Assembly (NCBI GenBank): GCA_964606885.1
Contig: CAZSHB010000003.1
Coordinates: 8,539 to 72,538, forward strand
Length of the DNA stretch: 64,000 nt
Source of the DNA: an uncultured Pseudomonadota bacterium
GTDB taxonomy: Bacteria > Babelota > Babeliae > Babelales > CAIQNR01
Reading direction: 5' to 3'
Positions 46,719 to 55,980 of this stretch are shown piece after piece. The number at the start of each line of letters is the position of its first letter. Positions within the stretch are counted from its first letter, which is position 1. The notes under the pieces were generated by a model that worked only from the letters and a program-made list of their open reading frames with translations, ran no database searches and was not told where the DNA came from. Made by a program: the position numbers and the translations under genes.

Positions 46719-47309
46719 ATGAAAAAACTATTTTTAACACTCGCATTAACCACCACTATCTTTGTCAGAGCAAGCGAAAGAAGTGTCGTTTCAAGCGCAC
46801 CCAGCTGTCTTACTGGCCCGCTAGCAATGCTCTCACGTAACAGCGGATCAAACACGCCCTGCCATTCACCTTCTAATCTATCTTCGCCAAAAAGTAATCG
46901 AAGCACTCCAGGACATAGTCGCCGTCCATCTATGAGTCTGGTACTTCCCACAGAACCTGTAACTGCAGCAAAAACTACAACCGGTTTCCAGGTCACACCA
47001 CCTACTCCACAAAGCAGCACCACAACAAGTCCTCGTACGCCTGCTGCACAAGAAGTTGTACAACCAACAACTCCAACTAAACCATCATGGGAAGGCACGG
47101 TCGCAGCTTATCAGGCAATGCTTACAGCTGCTCAAAACCAAACAACTGCCAGAGACTGGACAGACAAACAAATAGCAAGATTTACTGACGCAATAGCTAG
47201 ATATAACCAAGAACACCCAACTACTATTTGGCCGGCAAAAACTAACCCTACAGATTCTAGATTGCACGAAGCGCCTCGTGCTTTAACCGTTTTTTCAAGC
47301 AAACGATAA
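46719..47309 (+). CDS. secreted Pro/Ser/Thr-rich protein
   Basis: Signal peptide 'MKKLFLTLALTTTIFVRA', RBS 'agaagggg', and a low-complexity P/S/T-rich centre followed by a structured-looking C-terminus. A strong terminator follows. Confidence 0.5.
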   Translation: MKKLFLTLALTTTIFVRASERSVVSSAPSCLTGPLAMLSRNSGSNTPCHSPSNLSSPKSNRSTPGHSRRPSMSLVLPTEPVTAAKTTTGFQVTPPTPQSSTTTSPRTPAAQEVVQPTTPTKPSWEGTVAAYQAMLTAAQNQTTARDWTDKQIARFTDAIARYNQEHPTTIWPAKTNPTDSRLHEAPRALTVFSSKR

Positions 47310-47311
47310 AT

Positions 47312-47345
47312 AAAAAAGCCCACTGAAAAACCGTGGGCTTTTTTA
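47312..47345. terminator. bidirectional rho-independent terminator
   Basis: 7-bp stem agcccac / gtgggct with a 9-nt loop, an A-run upstream and a T-run downstream. It sits between the convergent genes 46719..47309 (+) and nusB (-). Confidence 0.7.
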
Positions 47346-47372
47346 TTTTATAAAGTTCTAAAAACTTAGATA

Positions 47373-47828
47373 TTATTGCACGGGCTCTTTTGCTGGTAGC
47401 TTTTTAACTACCTCATCTAAAATACCGTTTACAAACTTGTAAGCGTCTTTTTCTGAAAAGCATTTAGCGAGTTCAATTGCTTCGTTAATAACAATAGTTG
47501 GTGGAGTATCAGTATACAATAACTCCCACAACGCATACCGCACAACCAAACGAGTACAGCAGCCCACACGTTCTAAACGCCAGTTGGCAAGAAACGGAAG
47601 TACATACTCATCAAGCTCATAACGCTTTTCTGCAATAGCAGTAACAATATCAATAATTTCTCCCTCTAAAGGAATGCTTGCGTCATACTCATTATTAAAA
47701 CCAATTGCCACTGATTGCACGGATGAACCGTAATCAAGCGACTCAAGAGCGTATAACAAATGAAAAATAATGGAGCGTACATCACGACGAGACAGGGTAC
47801 ATGTTGGAGAGGGGGTTAGATCATTCAT
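47373..47828 (-). CDS. nusB: transcription antitermination factor NusB
   Basis: 151 aa with 'IIFHLLYALE', 'RLERVGCCTRLVVRYALWELLY' and 'PPTIVINEAIELAKCFSEKDAYKFVNGILD'. Confidence 0.85.
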   Translation of the reverse strand: MNDLTPSPTCTLSRRDVRSIIFHLLYALESLDYGSSVQSVAIGFNNEYDASIPLEGEIIDIVTAIAEKRYELDEYVLPFLANWRLERVGCCTRLVVRYALWELLYTDTPPTIVINEAIELAKCFSEKDAYKFVNGILDEVVKKLPAKEPVQ

Positions 47829-47833
47829 AAAGG

Positions 47834-48394
47834 TTATGCTCGTTCCAAGTAAATGCCGGTGCGTGTATCAACTTTAATCTTATCGCCTTCGTTAATAAAA
47901 AGCGGAACCTGAAGGGTTAAACCTGTTTCAAGCGTAGCTGGTTTTGTTGAACCACCTTGAGCAGTATCACCACGAACGCCAGGAGGAGTTTCTTTAACTA
48001 CAAAATACATAGTAATAGGAGGAGTAATCCCAATAGGACGTTCCCCAAAATAAAGCATTTGGTATATTTCTTGTTCTTTTAAGAAGCCTAAAACATCTTC
48101 AAGCACATCTTTATTAAGCTCAATTTGCTCAAAAGAATCTTGATCCATAAACGTATAAAGACCTGAATCCTCATACAAATACTGCATAGACTTATGTTCA
48201 AGATTAGGGCTATCGAACTTCTGCTCTGAACGGAAATTTTCTTCAAATGAAGATCCCGAAATCAGGTTTTTAAGCTTAGCACGAATAAGAGCACCACCGC
48301 GGCCCATTTTATTATGCTGAAAATCGAGCACTATATGAGGTTCACCTCGGTGAAGAACCTTAGTTCCTTTACGAAAATCTCCTGCACTGATCAT
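47834..48394 (-). CDS. efp: elongation factor P
   Basis: 'MISAGDFRKGTKVLHRGEPHIVLDFQHNKMGRGGALIRAKLKNLISG' includes the KOW-like domain and the conserved loop Lys region. 186 aa. Confidence 0.95.
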   Translation of the reverse strand: MISAGDFRKGTKVLHRGEPHIVLDFQHNKMGRGGALIRAKLKNLISGSSFEENFRSEQKFDSPNLEHKSMQYLYEDSGLYTFMDQDSFEQIELNKDVLEDVLGFLKEQEIYQMLYFGERPIGITPPITMYFVVKETPPGVRGDTAQGGSTKPATLETGLTLQVPLFINEGDKIKVDTRTGIYLERA

Positions 48395-48515
48395 GGATCT
48401 CCTAATGTTTAAATGAAGCTAAAAGACGTATTTTTAAGTATAAATACCCATAGCAAAAAAGCAACCTAGAGCATTATTGACTCAGATTAAAAAGGCTTTT
48501 ATGGTTATAATGTGG

Positions 48516-48543
48516 TTGACCCTGGCATGCTGAAGGCTATACT
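48516..48543 (+). promoter_or_regulatory. candidate sigma70 promoter
   Basis: TTGACC (48516-48521), a 16-nt spacer, then TATACT (48538-48543), about 40 nt upstream of the ATG at 48584. Confidence 0.45.
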
Positions 48544-48583
48544 CATATCTAATATATTCTTGACCTGAACAAAGAGTAAAAAT

Positions 48584-49015
48584 ATGAAAAAATATATAGC
48601 TCTTGGATTACTTGTAGGTAGTTTTTGCACCCAAATGTACGGTGCTTCTAGAGAAGTTAGAGCAGGTGCTACCCTTGCAGGATTTTTAAAACAACCCCAC
48701 CATGAATCAGTTGAAATTGAAGACAACAATCAAAAGGTAGATTCTACAGCTATATTGATTAATTTTAATTTTCACCTTGGACATTTAAACAGAATATTTT
48801 TTCTTAATCTACATAGAGAAGGAATGTCTCTTGAAGCTGCAAACAGAGCAAAAGAAAAATTTATTCAAACAAAAACTGTTCCTGCACTATTATATGCATG
48901 CATGATGGGCAAACACGCTTTACCATCTGGCACTGTTTTACGTCTAGGTGGTACAAGATGGAAAGTGGAAGACCATGGAACTGATTCAAGAACCCTTACT
49001 TTACAAGAAGAGTAA
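48584..49015 (+). CDS. hypothetical secreted protein
   Basis: Signal peptide 'MKKYIALGLLVGSFCTQMYG'. No family recognised. It lies immediately upstream of glyA. Confidence 0.5.
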   Translation: MKKYIALGLLVGSFCTQMYGASREVRAGATLAGFLKQPHHESVEIEDNNQKVDSTAILINFNFHLGHLNRIFFLNLHREGMSLEAANRAKEKFIQTKTVPALLYACMMGKHALPSGTVLRLGGTRWKVEDHGTDSRTLTLQEE

Positions 49016-49021
49016 TAAACC

Positions 49022-50302
49022 ATGAACAAGTTAGTTAATATAGATCCCGTTATTGCACAAGCACTTGAAGCTGAGCGCATCAGATCAGAAGAACATATTA
49101 ATCTTATTGCTTCAGAAAACTATACCTACCCTGCCGTGCTTGAAACAACCGGTTCAATTCTGACTAACAAATATGCTGAAGGCTACCCTGGTAAACGGTA
49201 CTACGCTGGTTGCGCACAAAGCGACATCGTAGAAGACCTTGCTCGCGAACGTTGCAAAAAACTGTTCAACGCAGAACATGCCAACGTACAACCGCACTCA
49301 GGTTCCCAAGCAAACATGGCTGTCTACTTTGCCCTGCTTAAACCAGGCGATACCATCTTGGGCATGAACCTTGCTGCTGGTGGCCACTTAACCCACGGTT
49401 ACCCGATCAATTTCTCTGGTACGTATTATAACCGTGTGAACTACGGCGTATCCCCAGATACTGAACAGTTCGATTTTGATGAAATTAGAAAATTAGCTTT
49501 AGAGCACAAACCAAAACTTATTGTCTGTGGCGCATCTGCCTATGCTCGCACAATCGACTTTGCAGCGTTTAGCGCAATTGCAAAAGAAGTAGGCGCGTAC
49601 TTAATGGCAGACATTGCTCACATTGCAGGACCTGTTGCTGTTGGACTCCATCCATCACCCTTTCCACATGCTGATGTAGTTACGAGCACCACACATAAAA
49701 CATTACGTGGTCCACGCGGCGGCATCATTTTATGTAAGGCTGAATTTGCTAACGTTATTGATAAAGCGGTTATGCCAGGGATACAAGGCGGCCCCTTGAT
49801 GCATCATATTGCAGCAAAAGCTGTTGCTTTTGGCATCGCGCTCCAACCAGAATTTAAAACGTATCAAGAACAGATTCTTAAAAACGCCAAGCACATGGCC
49901 GACTGTTTTACCAAACGCGGGTACCGTGTGGTAAGCAACACAACCGACAACCACTTACTGGTTATCGATCTGCGCAATAAAAACATTACCGGCAAAGAAG
50001 CTGAACAAGTACTAGAATCGATTGGTATTTATGCTAATCGCAACTGCATCCCGTTCGATCCACAAAGCCCTTTTATTACCAGCGGTATTAGACTTGGCAC
50101 ACCTGCCGTAACTACCCGTGGTTTTAAAGAACCGGAAATAGAACAGATTGTGCACTTTATTGATGCAGCACTGATGCACAAAGACAGTCCTGCTGCTCTT
50201 GCCCAACTGCAAAGTAGCATTACAAACCTATGTAAACTTTTTCCTATTTATCCTGAGTTATTACCAACACATAAAACAGCACAGACTTGCCTAGCACACT
50301 AA
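49022..50302 (+). CDS. glyA: serine hydroxymethyltransferase
   Basis: 'LIASENYT', '[13 protein letters not shown]', '[11 protein letters not shown]' and the PLP-lysine motif '[14 protein letters not shown]'. Confidence 0.95.
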   Translation: MNKLVNIDPVIAQALEAERIRSEEHINLIASENYTYPAVLETTGSILTNKYAEGYPGKRYYAGCAQSDIVEDLARERCKKLFNAEHANVQPHSGSQANMAVYFALLKPGDTILGMNLAAGGHLTHGYPINFSGTYYNRVNYGVSPDTEQFDFDEIRKLALEHKPKLIVCGASAYARTIDFAAFSAIAKEVGAYLMADIAHIAGPVAVGLHPSPFPHADVVTSTTHKTLRGPRGGIILCKAEFANVIDKAVMPGIQGGPLMHHIAAKAVAFGIALQPEFKTYQEQILKNAKHMADCFTKRGYRVVSNTTDNHLLVIDLRNKNITGKEAEQVLESIGIYANRNCIPFDPQSPFITSGIRLGTPAVTTRGFKEPEIEQIVHFIDAALMHKDSPAALAQLQSSITNLCKLFPIYPELLPTHKTAQTCLAH

Positions 50303-50374
50303 ACAGCTTTAATTATTTATTTTACTGCTATACTAACCACTGTTTTTACATTCTGTTTAAAGAGAGAGTATGCT

Positions 50375-51622
50375 ATGAAACAAATCTATGATATCTGTGT
50401 AGTAGGCGGTGGTGGACATATCGGATTGCCTTTATGTCTTGCATTTGCACACGCTGGCAAAAAGGTCATTGCTCTTGATGTACATCAACCAACTATAGAA
50501 AAAATCCAAGCAAAACAAATGCCATTCTTTGAAGAAGGCGCACAAGAAATCTTAAATGCACAATACGGCAAAAACTTCTGGATCACTTCTGATAAAGAAA
50601 GCATGCGCCAAAGTACGTTTATTATTATTGTCATTGGCACTCCGGTTGACGAACATTTAAATCCACAATTTGGGTTATTCAAAAAACTGTTTGATGATTT
50701 AATCCCCTATCTAGAACCACATCATCATATTATTCTGCGTAGCACTGTTTATCCGGGTACTACAGAAAAAATAGATGCATACTTAAAAAGCAAAGGCGTT
50801 GCTGTAAAAATATCCTTCTGTCCTGAACGAATTGCTCAAGGCAAAGCCATGGAAGAGCTCTATAGCCTTCCACAATTAGTAGCCGCATGCGACAAAACAT
50901 ATCAACAAGAAGCAGAAGATCTTTTTAGCGTACTTGCATCAGAAGTTATTCCGCTTGCACCCTTAGAAGCTGAACTTGCAAAGTTATTCACCAATACCTG
51001 GCGCTATATCCAGTTTGCAACGGCTAACCAGTTCTACCAACTAGCAGAACAAAACGGCGCAGACTTTTACACGATCTACAACGCCATTACGCACAACTAC
51101 CCACGCACTAAAGGATTTCCTGGTGCAGGGTTTGCTGCAGGCCCGTGCCTCTTTAAAGACACGATGCAACTTGCCGCCTTTGGAAACAACAACTTCTTTC
51201 TTGGTCATGCAGCCATGTTGATTAACGAAGGTATGCCCAACTTTATTGTGCAAGAACTAAAAAAATCCCACGATTTAACCACGAAAACAGTCGGCATCTT
51301 GGGAATGGCCTTTAAAGCAAATAACGATGATCTACGAGAATCTTTGTCGGTAAAATTAAAAAAAATAGTAGAAGTTGAAAGTTACCGCGTTTTATGTTCA
51401 GATATTCACGCACATAAAGACAGCTTTGTTTCAACACAACAACTGATCAACGAATCTGATATTGTCATCATCGGCACTCCTCATAAAGAGTATGCTGACC
51501 TGACCTTCAGACCGGACCAAGTAGTTGTTGATATATGGAATTTTTATAAAAAATCAGGAGAAGCGGATGAAAAAGGTTTTAGTCACTGGATCGGCGGGGT
51601 TCATAGCCGGGTATCTCGTTGA
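50375..51622 (+). CDS. nucleotide-sugar 6-dehydrogenase (UDP-glucose/GDP-mannose dehydrogenase family)
   Basis: N-terminal Rossmann 'ICVVGGGGHIGLPL', 'FCPERIAQGKA', the catalytic-Cys region 'GFAAGPCLFKDT' and a C-terminal 'GMAFKANNDDLRES'. Confidence 0.8.
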   Translation: MKQIYDICVVGGGGHIGLPLCLAFAHAGKKVIALDVHQPTIEKIQAKQMPFFEEGAQEILNAQYGKNFWITSDKESMRQSTFIIIVIGTPVDEHLNPQFGLFKKLFDDLIPYLEPHHHIILRSTVYPGTTEKIDAYLKSKGVAVKISFCPERIAQGKAMEELYSLPQLVAACDKTYQQEAEDLFSVLASEVIPLAPLEAELAKLFTNTWRYIQFATANQFYQLAEQNGADFYTIYNAITHNYPRTKGFPGAGFAAGPCLFKDTMQLAAFGNNNFFLGHAAMLINEGMPNFIVQELKKSHDLTTKTVGILGMAFKANNDDLRESLSVKLKKIVEVESYRVLCSDIHAHKDSFVSTQQLINESDIVIIGTPHKEYADLTFRPDQVVVDIWNFYKKSGEADEKGFSHWIGGVHSRVSR

Positions 51623-52589
51623 GGAACTGTTACAAAACGGTTACCAAGTAGTTGGCCTTGATAACTACTCAAAATACGGACCTGTTAAAAAAAGCTACGA
51701 CAATCACCCAAATTACCAATTCACCCAAGGCGATGCTAAAGACGTTGATCTACTTAAAAAATTAATCAAAGATTGCGACCATGTCGTTGCCGGTGCAGCC
51801 ATTATTGGTGGCATCAGCCTGTTTCATGAACTTGCGTACGATCTACTTGCAGAAAACGAACGAATCACCGCCTCAACCTTTGACGCTGCAATCTGGGCAT
51901 TTAACAACTCGCGCTTACAAAAAATAACGGTTATTTCATCATCAATGGTGTTTGAAAATACTACCGTCTACCCAACACCAGAAGGCCAAGAACTGTTATC
52001 ATGCCCGCCATCATCAACCTACGGATTCCAAAAACTGGCATGTGAATATTTTGCTAAAGGTGCATGGGAACAGTACCAACTGCCATACACTATTGTCAGA
52101 CCATTCAACTGTGTAGGGATTGGAGAAAAGCGAGCATTGTGTGACAAAGAGATTCAATCAGGCAACGTCAAACTAGCTATGAGTCACGTGGTACCAGATT
52201 TAGTACAAAAAATATTAAAAGGCCAAGATCCACTCCATATTTTAGGAGACGGTCAGCAAGTTCGCCACTACACCTACGGTGGTGATTTAGCACGCGGTAT
52301 CAGACTGTGTATCGAAAATCCACGCGCAATCAACCAAGATTTTAATATATCAACAGGCCAAGCAACCACGGTTCTTGAACTTGCACAAACCATCTGGCAC
52401 AAAATCCATCCTGACAAACCATTCAAGTACGTATCTGATAAACCGTACAAATACGACGTACAAAAACGCACCCCCGACATTACCAAGGCCGCAACAACAC
52501 TTAACTTCCAAGCAGCAACCGACCTTGATACCTGTCTTGATGAAATTATCCCCTGGATCCAAGAACAAATCGTAGTCGGCGGTATTTAA
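51567..52589 (+). CDS. NAD-dependent nucleotide-sugar epimerase/dehydratase (extended SDR)
   Basis: 'MKKVLVTGSAGFIAGYLVEELL' preceded by 'aggag' 7 nt upstream, so I prefer this over the 51525 start. Contains 'SSSMVF' and the catalytic 'YGFQKLACE' (YxxxK). Confidence 0.8.
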   Translation: MKKVLVTGSAGFIAGYLVEELLQNGYQVVGLDNYSKYGPVKKSYDNHPNYQFTQGDAKDVDLLKKLIKDCDHVVAGAAIIGGISLFHELAYDLLAENERITASTFDAAIWAFNNSRLQKITVISSSMVFENTTVYPTPEGQELLSCPPSSTYGFQKLACEYFAKGAWEQYQLPYTIVRPFNCVGIGEKRALCDKEIQSGNVKLAMSHVVPDLVQKILKGQDPLHILGDGQQVRHYTYGGDLARGIRLCIENPRAINQDFNISTGQATTVLELAQTIWHKIHPDKPFKYVSDKPYKYDVQKRTPDITKAATTLNFQAATDLDTCLDEIIPWIQEQIVVGGI

Positions 52590-52623
52590 AAAAACTAGAT
52601 TAAAAAATAAAGAGAGAGCACGC

Positions 52624-53304
52624 ATGAAAGCAGAATTCGATCAATACATAGAAGATAATTATCGCGAGGATGATGCTCTATCGTTAACCGGTTATTCATA
52701 CGATTTTTTTGCCCGTTATAAAGCAGAAAAGCTACATAAGTGGATAAGTAAAGGCGGCTATGCAGCACATAACATCCTAGACTTTGGATGCGGTGACGGC
52801 CTCATGACTAGTTATGTACACAAGCTATTTCCCAAAGCAACAATCACCGGCATTGACCCTTCATCAAAGAGTATTGAAACTGCTCAGGCTAACCACCCCG
52901 GCATAACGTTCAAAACATCAGAACAGTTGGAAAACAGTACACAAAAGTTCGATGTTATCTTTGCAGCGTGCGTGTTCCATCATATTCCAGAATCAGAACA
53001 AGCGTTTTATGTTAAACAACTTAAAGAGCTCCTCAATAAAAATGGCGTTATCGTTATTTTTGAAATGAATCCACTTAATCCCATCACACGCTATATGTTT
53101 AAAAGAATCCCTGTAGATCGTAATGCTATTATGATCTATCCGTGGGAACTTAAGAACCTGTTTGCTACGGTAGGTAAACCGCGCATTAACTACTATGGAT
53201 TTTTCCCAAAACTACTTTCTTTTATGCAGCCCTTAGAAAACTATTTTGAATGGATTTCTATAGGTGCCCACTACGCTCTTGTAGTGCAAAAGAAAGGCTC
53301 TTAA
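52624..53304 (+). CDS. class I SAM-dependent methyltransferase
   Basis: Motif I 'ILDFGCGDGLMT', post-I 'ITGIDPS' and 'FDVIFAACVFHHI'. Confidence 0.75.
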   Translation: MKAEFDQYIEDNYREDDALSLTGYSYDFFARYKAEKLHKWISKGGYAAHNILDFGCGDGLMTSYVHKLFPKATITGIDPSSKSIETAQANHPGITFKTSEQLENSTQKFDVIFAACVFHHIPESEQAFYVKQLKELLNKNGVIVIFEMNPLNPITRYMFKRIPVDRNAIMIYPWELKNLFATVGKPRINYYGFFPKLLSFMQPLENYFEWISIGAHYALVVQKKGS

Positions 53305-54612
53305 AAGCGATATACCATAGATCGTATTCAATAGATAAAATACATATAAATTTGAAGTGTAGCTTGGCATATTTTGAGCCAAACCGCTCATCAATGTTTG
53401 ATACATCAGTGCAGCAAAAACCAAAAGTATAAAAAGTGATTTTCTATACAACGCTACACATACTGTTAATGGCAACAAAAAATACGATGCCAACAGTAGA
53501 ATAATGCTTGCACCATACGAACTAGCCGTTAAAAAGATTCTAAAAACCTCTGCTGAATGCGATAGTATTAAAGATGGATTTTCAATAACATGCGTAACTA
53601 ATTCACGTATACGTGCTTGTTTTAAAAATGGCATTTCTCCATACTCATCTAAAAAAAACTCTCCCGGATAAAAACCTTGAGTAACCACTAAAAAAAGATT
53701 GTAAACGCATTTACGTACATAATCCCACGGATACGCCGTTATATACTCTAGAAAAGTACGCTTTAATACTTGGTCTGCCTCATAATCAAGCGTTGAGTGG
53801 CGCACTGTTTTAAAATGCTCATTAACAACATGGTGCATAACAGGATCTCCATCACTTACCGTAATTCCCCACCTATTCTTACTATCATGACCTAAGCCAA
53901 TAAATGCTACATGCCCACCATTAGTAGAAGTTACAAGATAATGACCACATGCTTTTTTAGTATAGAACGCCCATGGAGCAAGACAGCCATACAACACAAT
54001 AAGCCACACAAGCATCTGTAAAAAAGATTGTTTAGTTCTAAAAAAACCTACAACAATAACAGCAAGCCCAATCGGCATTAAAAAATAATCTGATCTAAAG
54101 TGTAATAATACTCCAAAGCAAAGAGCTGAACCTATAAGATATACCCAGTTTTTTTGCTTACGAATCACTGCTCTGTATAAGAGTGGTAATGCTACTAAAA
54201 ATAAACTTGCTGCAATACCACTTGGCCAACGTAATGCATGAAACGCATACCAGGGAATACTGACCACCATACCAACTTTTAATGCCCTTATAACCGTTGC
54301 TGAAAATATATTTTCCTGCTCTATAATGCGTAGAGCCCAATATAAAGTACATAATGCAAACACCATCTCAATACATAATAACGTTAACTTATCTTGAGTA
54401 ATACTCATCAACCATCCATACCCCCACATAGGAAACGTAGGCAAATGTTCACCTGCAAAACCTGTTCTAATAAGAGAAGCATAATGTTTGTAATAATGTA
54501 ACCCTCCAACATTATGGTCTGCATACCAATTACAATACATCACAAAACTTGCCACAGGTACCATAACGGCGATATACCAACGATCTAAAAAAGATTTACT
54601 ATTTTGTTGCAT
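53233..54612 (-). CDS. polytopic membrane protein, paralog 1 of 5 (unrecognised family; candidate lipid-linked-sugar glycosyltransferase or glycan polymerase/ligase)
   Basis: About 10-11 predicted TMs plus a soluble loop of about 110 aa. Family motifs are 'FPMWGYGW', 'IPWYAFHALRWP', 'HFRSDY', 'YTKKACGHYLVTSTNGGHVAF', 'STLDYEADQ', 'YPWDYVRKC' and 'YPGEFF'. Confidence 0.7.
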   Translation of the reverse strand: MQQNSKSFLDRWYIAVMVPVASFVMYCNWYADHNVGGLHYYKHYASLIRTGFAGEHLPTFPMWGYGWLMSITQDKLTLLCIEMVFALCTLYWALRIIEQENIFSATVIRALKVGMVVSIPWYAFHALRWPSGIAASLFLVALPLLYRAVIRKQKNWVYLIGSALCFGVLLHFRSDYFLMPIGLAVIVVGFFRTKQSFLQMLVWLIVLYGCLAPWAFYTKKACGHYLVTSTNGGHVAFIGLGHDSKNRWGITVSDGDPVMHHVVNEHFKTVRHSTLDYEADQVLKRTFLEYITAYPWDYVRKCVYNLFLVVTQGFYPGEFFLDEYGEMPFLKQARIRELVTHVIENPSLILSHSAEVFRIFLTASSYGASIILLLASYFLLPLTVCVALYRKSLFILLVFAALMYQTLMSGLAQNMPSYTSNLYVFYLLNTIYGISLLRAFLLHYKSVVGTYRNPFKIVF

Positions 54613-54628
54613 AAAACACCAAACTTTC

Positions 54629-55966
54629 TTAGTTAAAACATTTTTTTCTTATATTAATAAGAGATACTGCATACAGCAGATTACAAACATACAATACATT
54701 TACATTCCCCAGGTAAGCAGACATATGAAAGCAACACATATTAAGCAGTGTTTGGTACATAATAGAAGCTAAAACTAGCCCCATAATAAGAGAACGTTTT
54801 TTATAAGCACTATACAGAGTAAAGGGCAATACAAAATAGGATACAAAAAGTACTAACACTCCAAACAACCATGATAATGTCTGTATCAAAACCCTCATGC
54901 TAAAATAAAAATGTTCTATTATAAAAGAAGGATTCTGCGCTATCCATATCACGACATTGCGCATTCTTTGATGCGATAATAAAAATGCATCATATCCTTG
55001 TCCAGCCAGAAATTCTCCGGGGTAAAAACCACTTGTTATGAGTTGCCGAAAAACATAGAAACATTTTTTAGCATAATCCCACGGACGAGCTTGTATGTAA
55101 GAAAAAAAAGTAGTTTTTAAAAATTGATCAGCTTCGTAATCAAGCGTTGAGTGGTTATGTTGATTAAAATGCTTATCAACTAAAGCGTGCATTAATGGAT
55201 CCCCATCATGTCCCGCTATGCCCCACGTATTAGATGGATCATTACCAAGGCCTGCAAATAATACATGTCCACTATTAGTAGAAGTAAAAAGATAATGACC
55301 ACAGGCTTTTTTGGTGTACACAGCCCACGGTATAAGACAACCATACAACACGACAAGCCATACAAACATCTGTAGCAAAGATTTTTGTGTTCTCAAAAAG
55401 AGTACTATCAATACTGCAAAGCCAAGCGGCATAAGAATATAATCTGATCTAAAGTTCAATAATAATCCAAAACATACGGCTGAAAGTAGCAGTTTGACCC
55501 AACTTTTTTGCGTGCGTATTACTGCTTTATACAAAAGCATAAAAGAAATCAAAAAAAGGCTTGTAGCAATGCTATAGGGCCAACGCAGTGCATGAAATGC
55601 ATACCAAGGCAAACTCAGCATCATACATACTTTAAAAATTCTTATGGTTATTACAGAAAATAGCTGTTCTTGTTCTAAAAAACGTATAAACAAATAAAGT
55701 GCTCCAAGCGCTAAACTCATCTGTATACTCAGCAAAACAAACTTACTTTCTGTAAGCAGCATCAACCACCCATATCCCCACATAGGAAACGTAATTAAAG
55801 TATGGTACTCAAACCCTGCTAGAATAATAGCTTTGTAGTGTTGATAGCCAGACAATAAGCCAGCCATATTTTGAGCATGCCAATTGAGATAGATCATCAA
55901 AAAAGCTATAACGATCATGCATCCCAAGTACCAACGATCAATAAAGACTCTCCAATTATTTTTCAT
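54629..55966 (-). CDS. polytopic membrane protein, paralog 2 of 5
   Basis: Same motif set: 'FPMWGYGW', 'LPWYAFHALRWP', 'NFRSDY', 'YTKKACGHYLFTSTNSGHV', 'STLDYEADQ', 'RPWDYAKKC' and 'YPGEFL'. Confidence 0.7.
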   Translation of the reverse strand: MKNNWRVFIDRWYLGCMIVIAFLMIYLNWHAQNMAGLLSGYQHYKAIILAGFEYHTLITFPMWGYGWLMLLTESKFVLLSIQMSLALGALYLFIRFLEQEQLFSVITIRIFKVCMMLSLPWYAFHALRWPYSIATSLFLISFMLLYKAVIRTQKSWVKLLLSAVCFGLLLNFRSDYILMPLGFAVLIVLFLRTQKSLLQMFVWLVVLYGCLIPWAVYTKKACGHYLFTSTNSGHVLFAGLGNDPSNTWGIAGHDGDPLMHALVDKHFNQHNHSTLDYEADQFLKTTFFSYIQARPWDYAKKCFYVFRQLITSGFYPGEFLAGQGYDAFLLSHQRMRNVVIWIAQNPSFIIEHFYFSMRVLIQTLSWLFGVLVLFVSYFVLPFTLYSAYKKRSLIMGLVLASIMYQTLLNMCCFHMSAYLGNVNVLYVCNLLYAVSLINIRKKCFN

Positions 55967-55980
55967 ATTCTATAACACTT

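Noticed and set aside
46703-47098. 131-aa ORF on the minus strand, antisense to the Pro/Ser/Thr-rich gene
   Set aside because: It lies entirely inside the plus-strand ORF, which has an RBS, a signal peptide and a terminator. Its Gly/Val/Arg-rich translation is the mirror of the P/S/T codon bias. I treat it as a compositional shadow ORF.
51525-51566. Upstream start (51525) for the epimerase/dehydratase ORF
   Set aside because: The Rossmann motif begins right after the internal Met at 51567, which has an AGGAG 7 nt upstream. The longer form would add 14 odd residues and deepen the overlap with the dehydrogenase gene.
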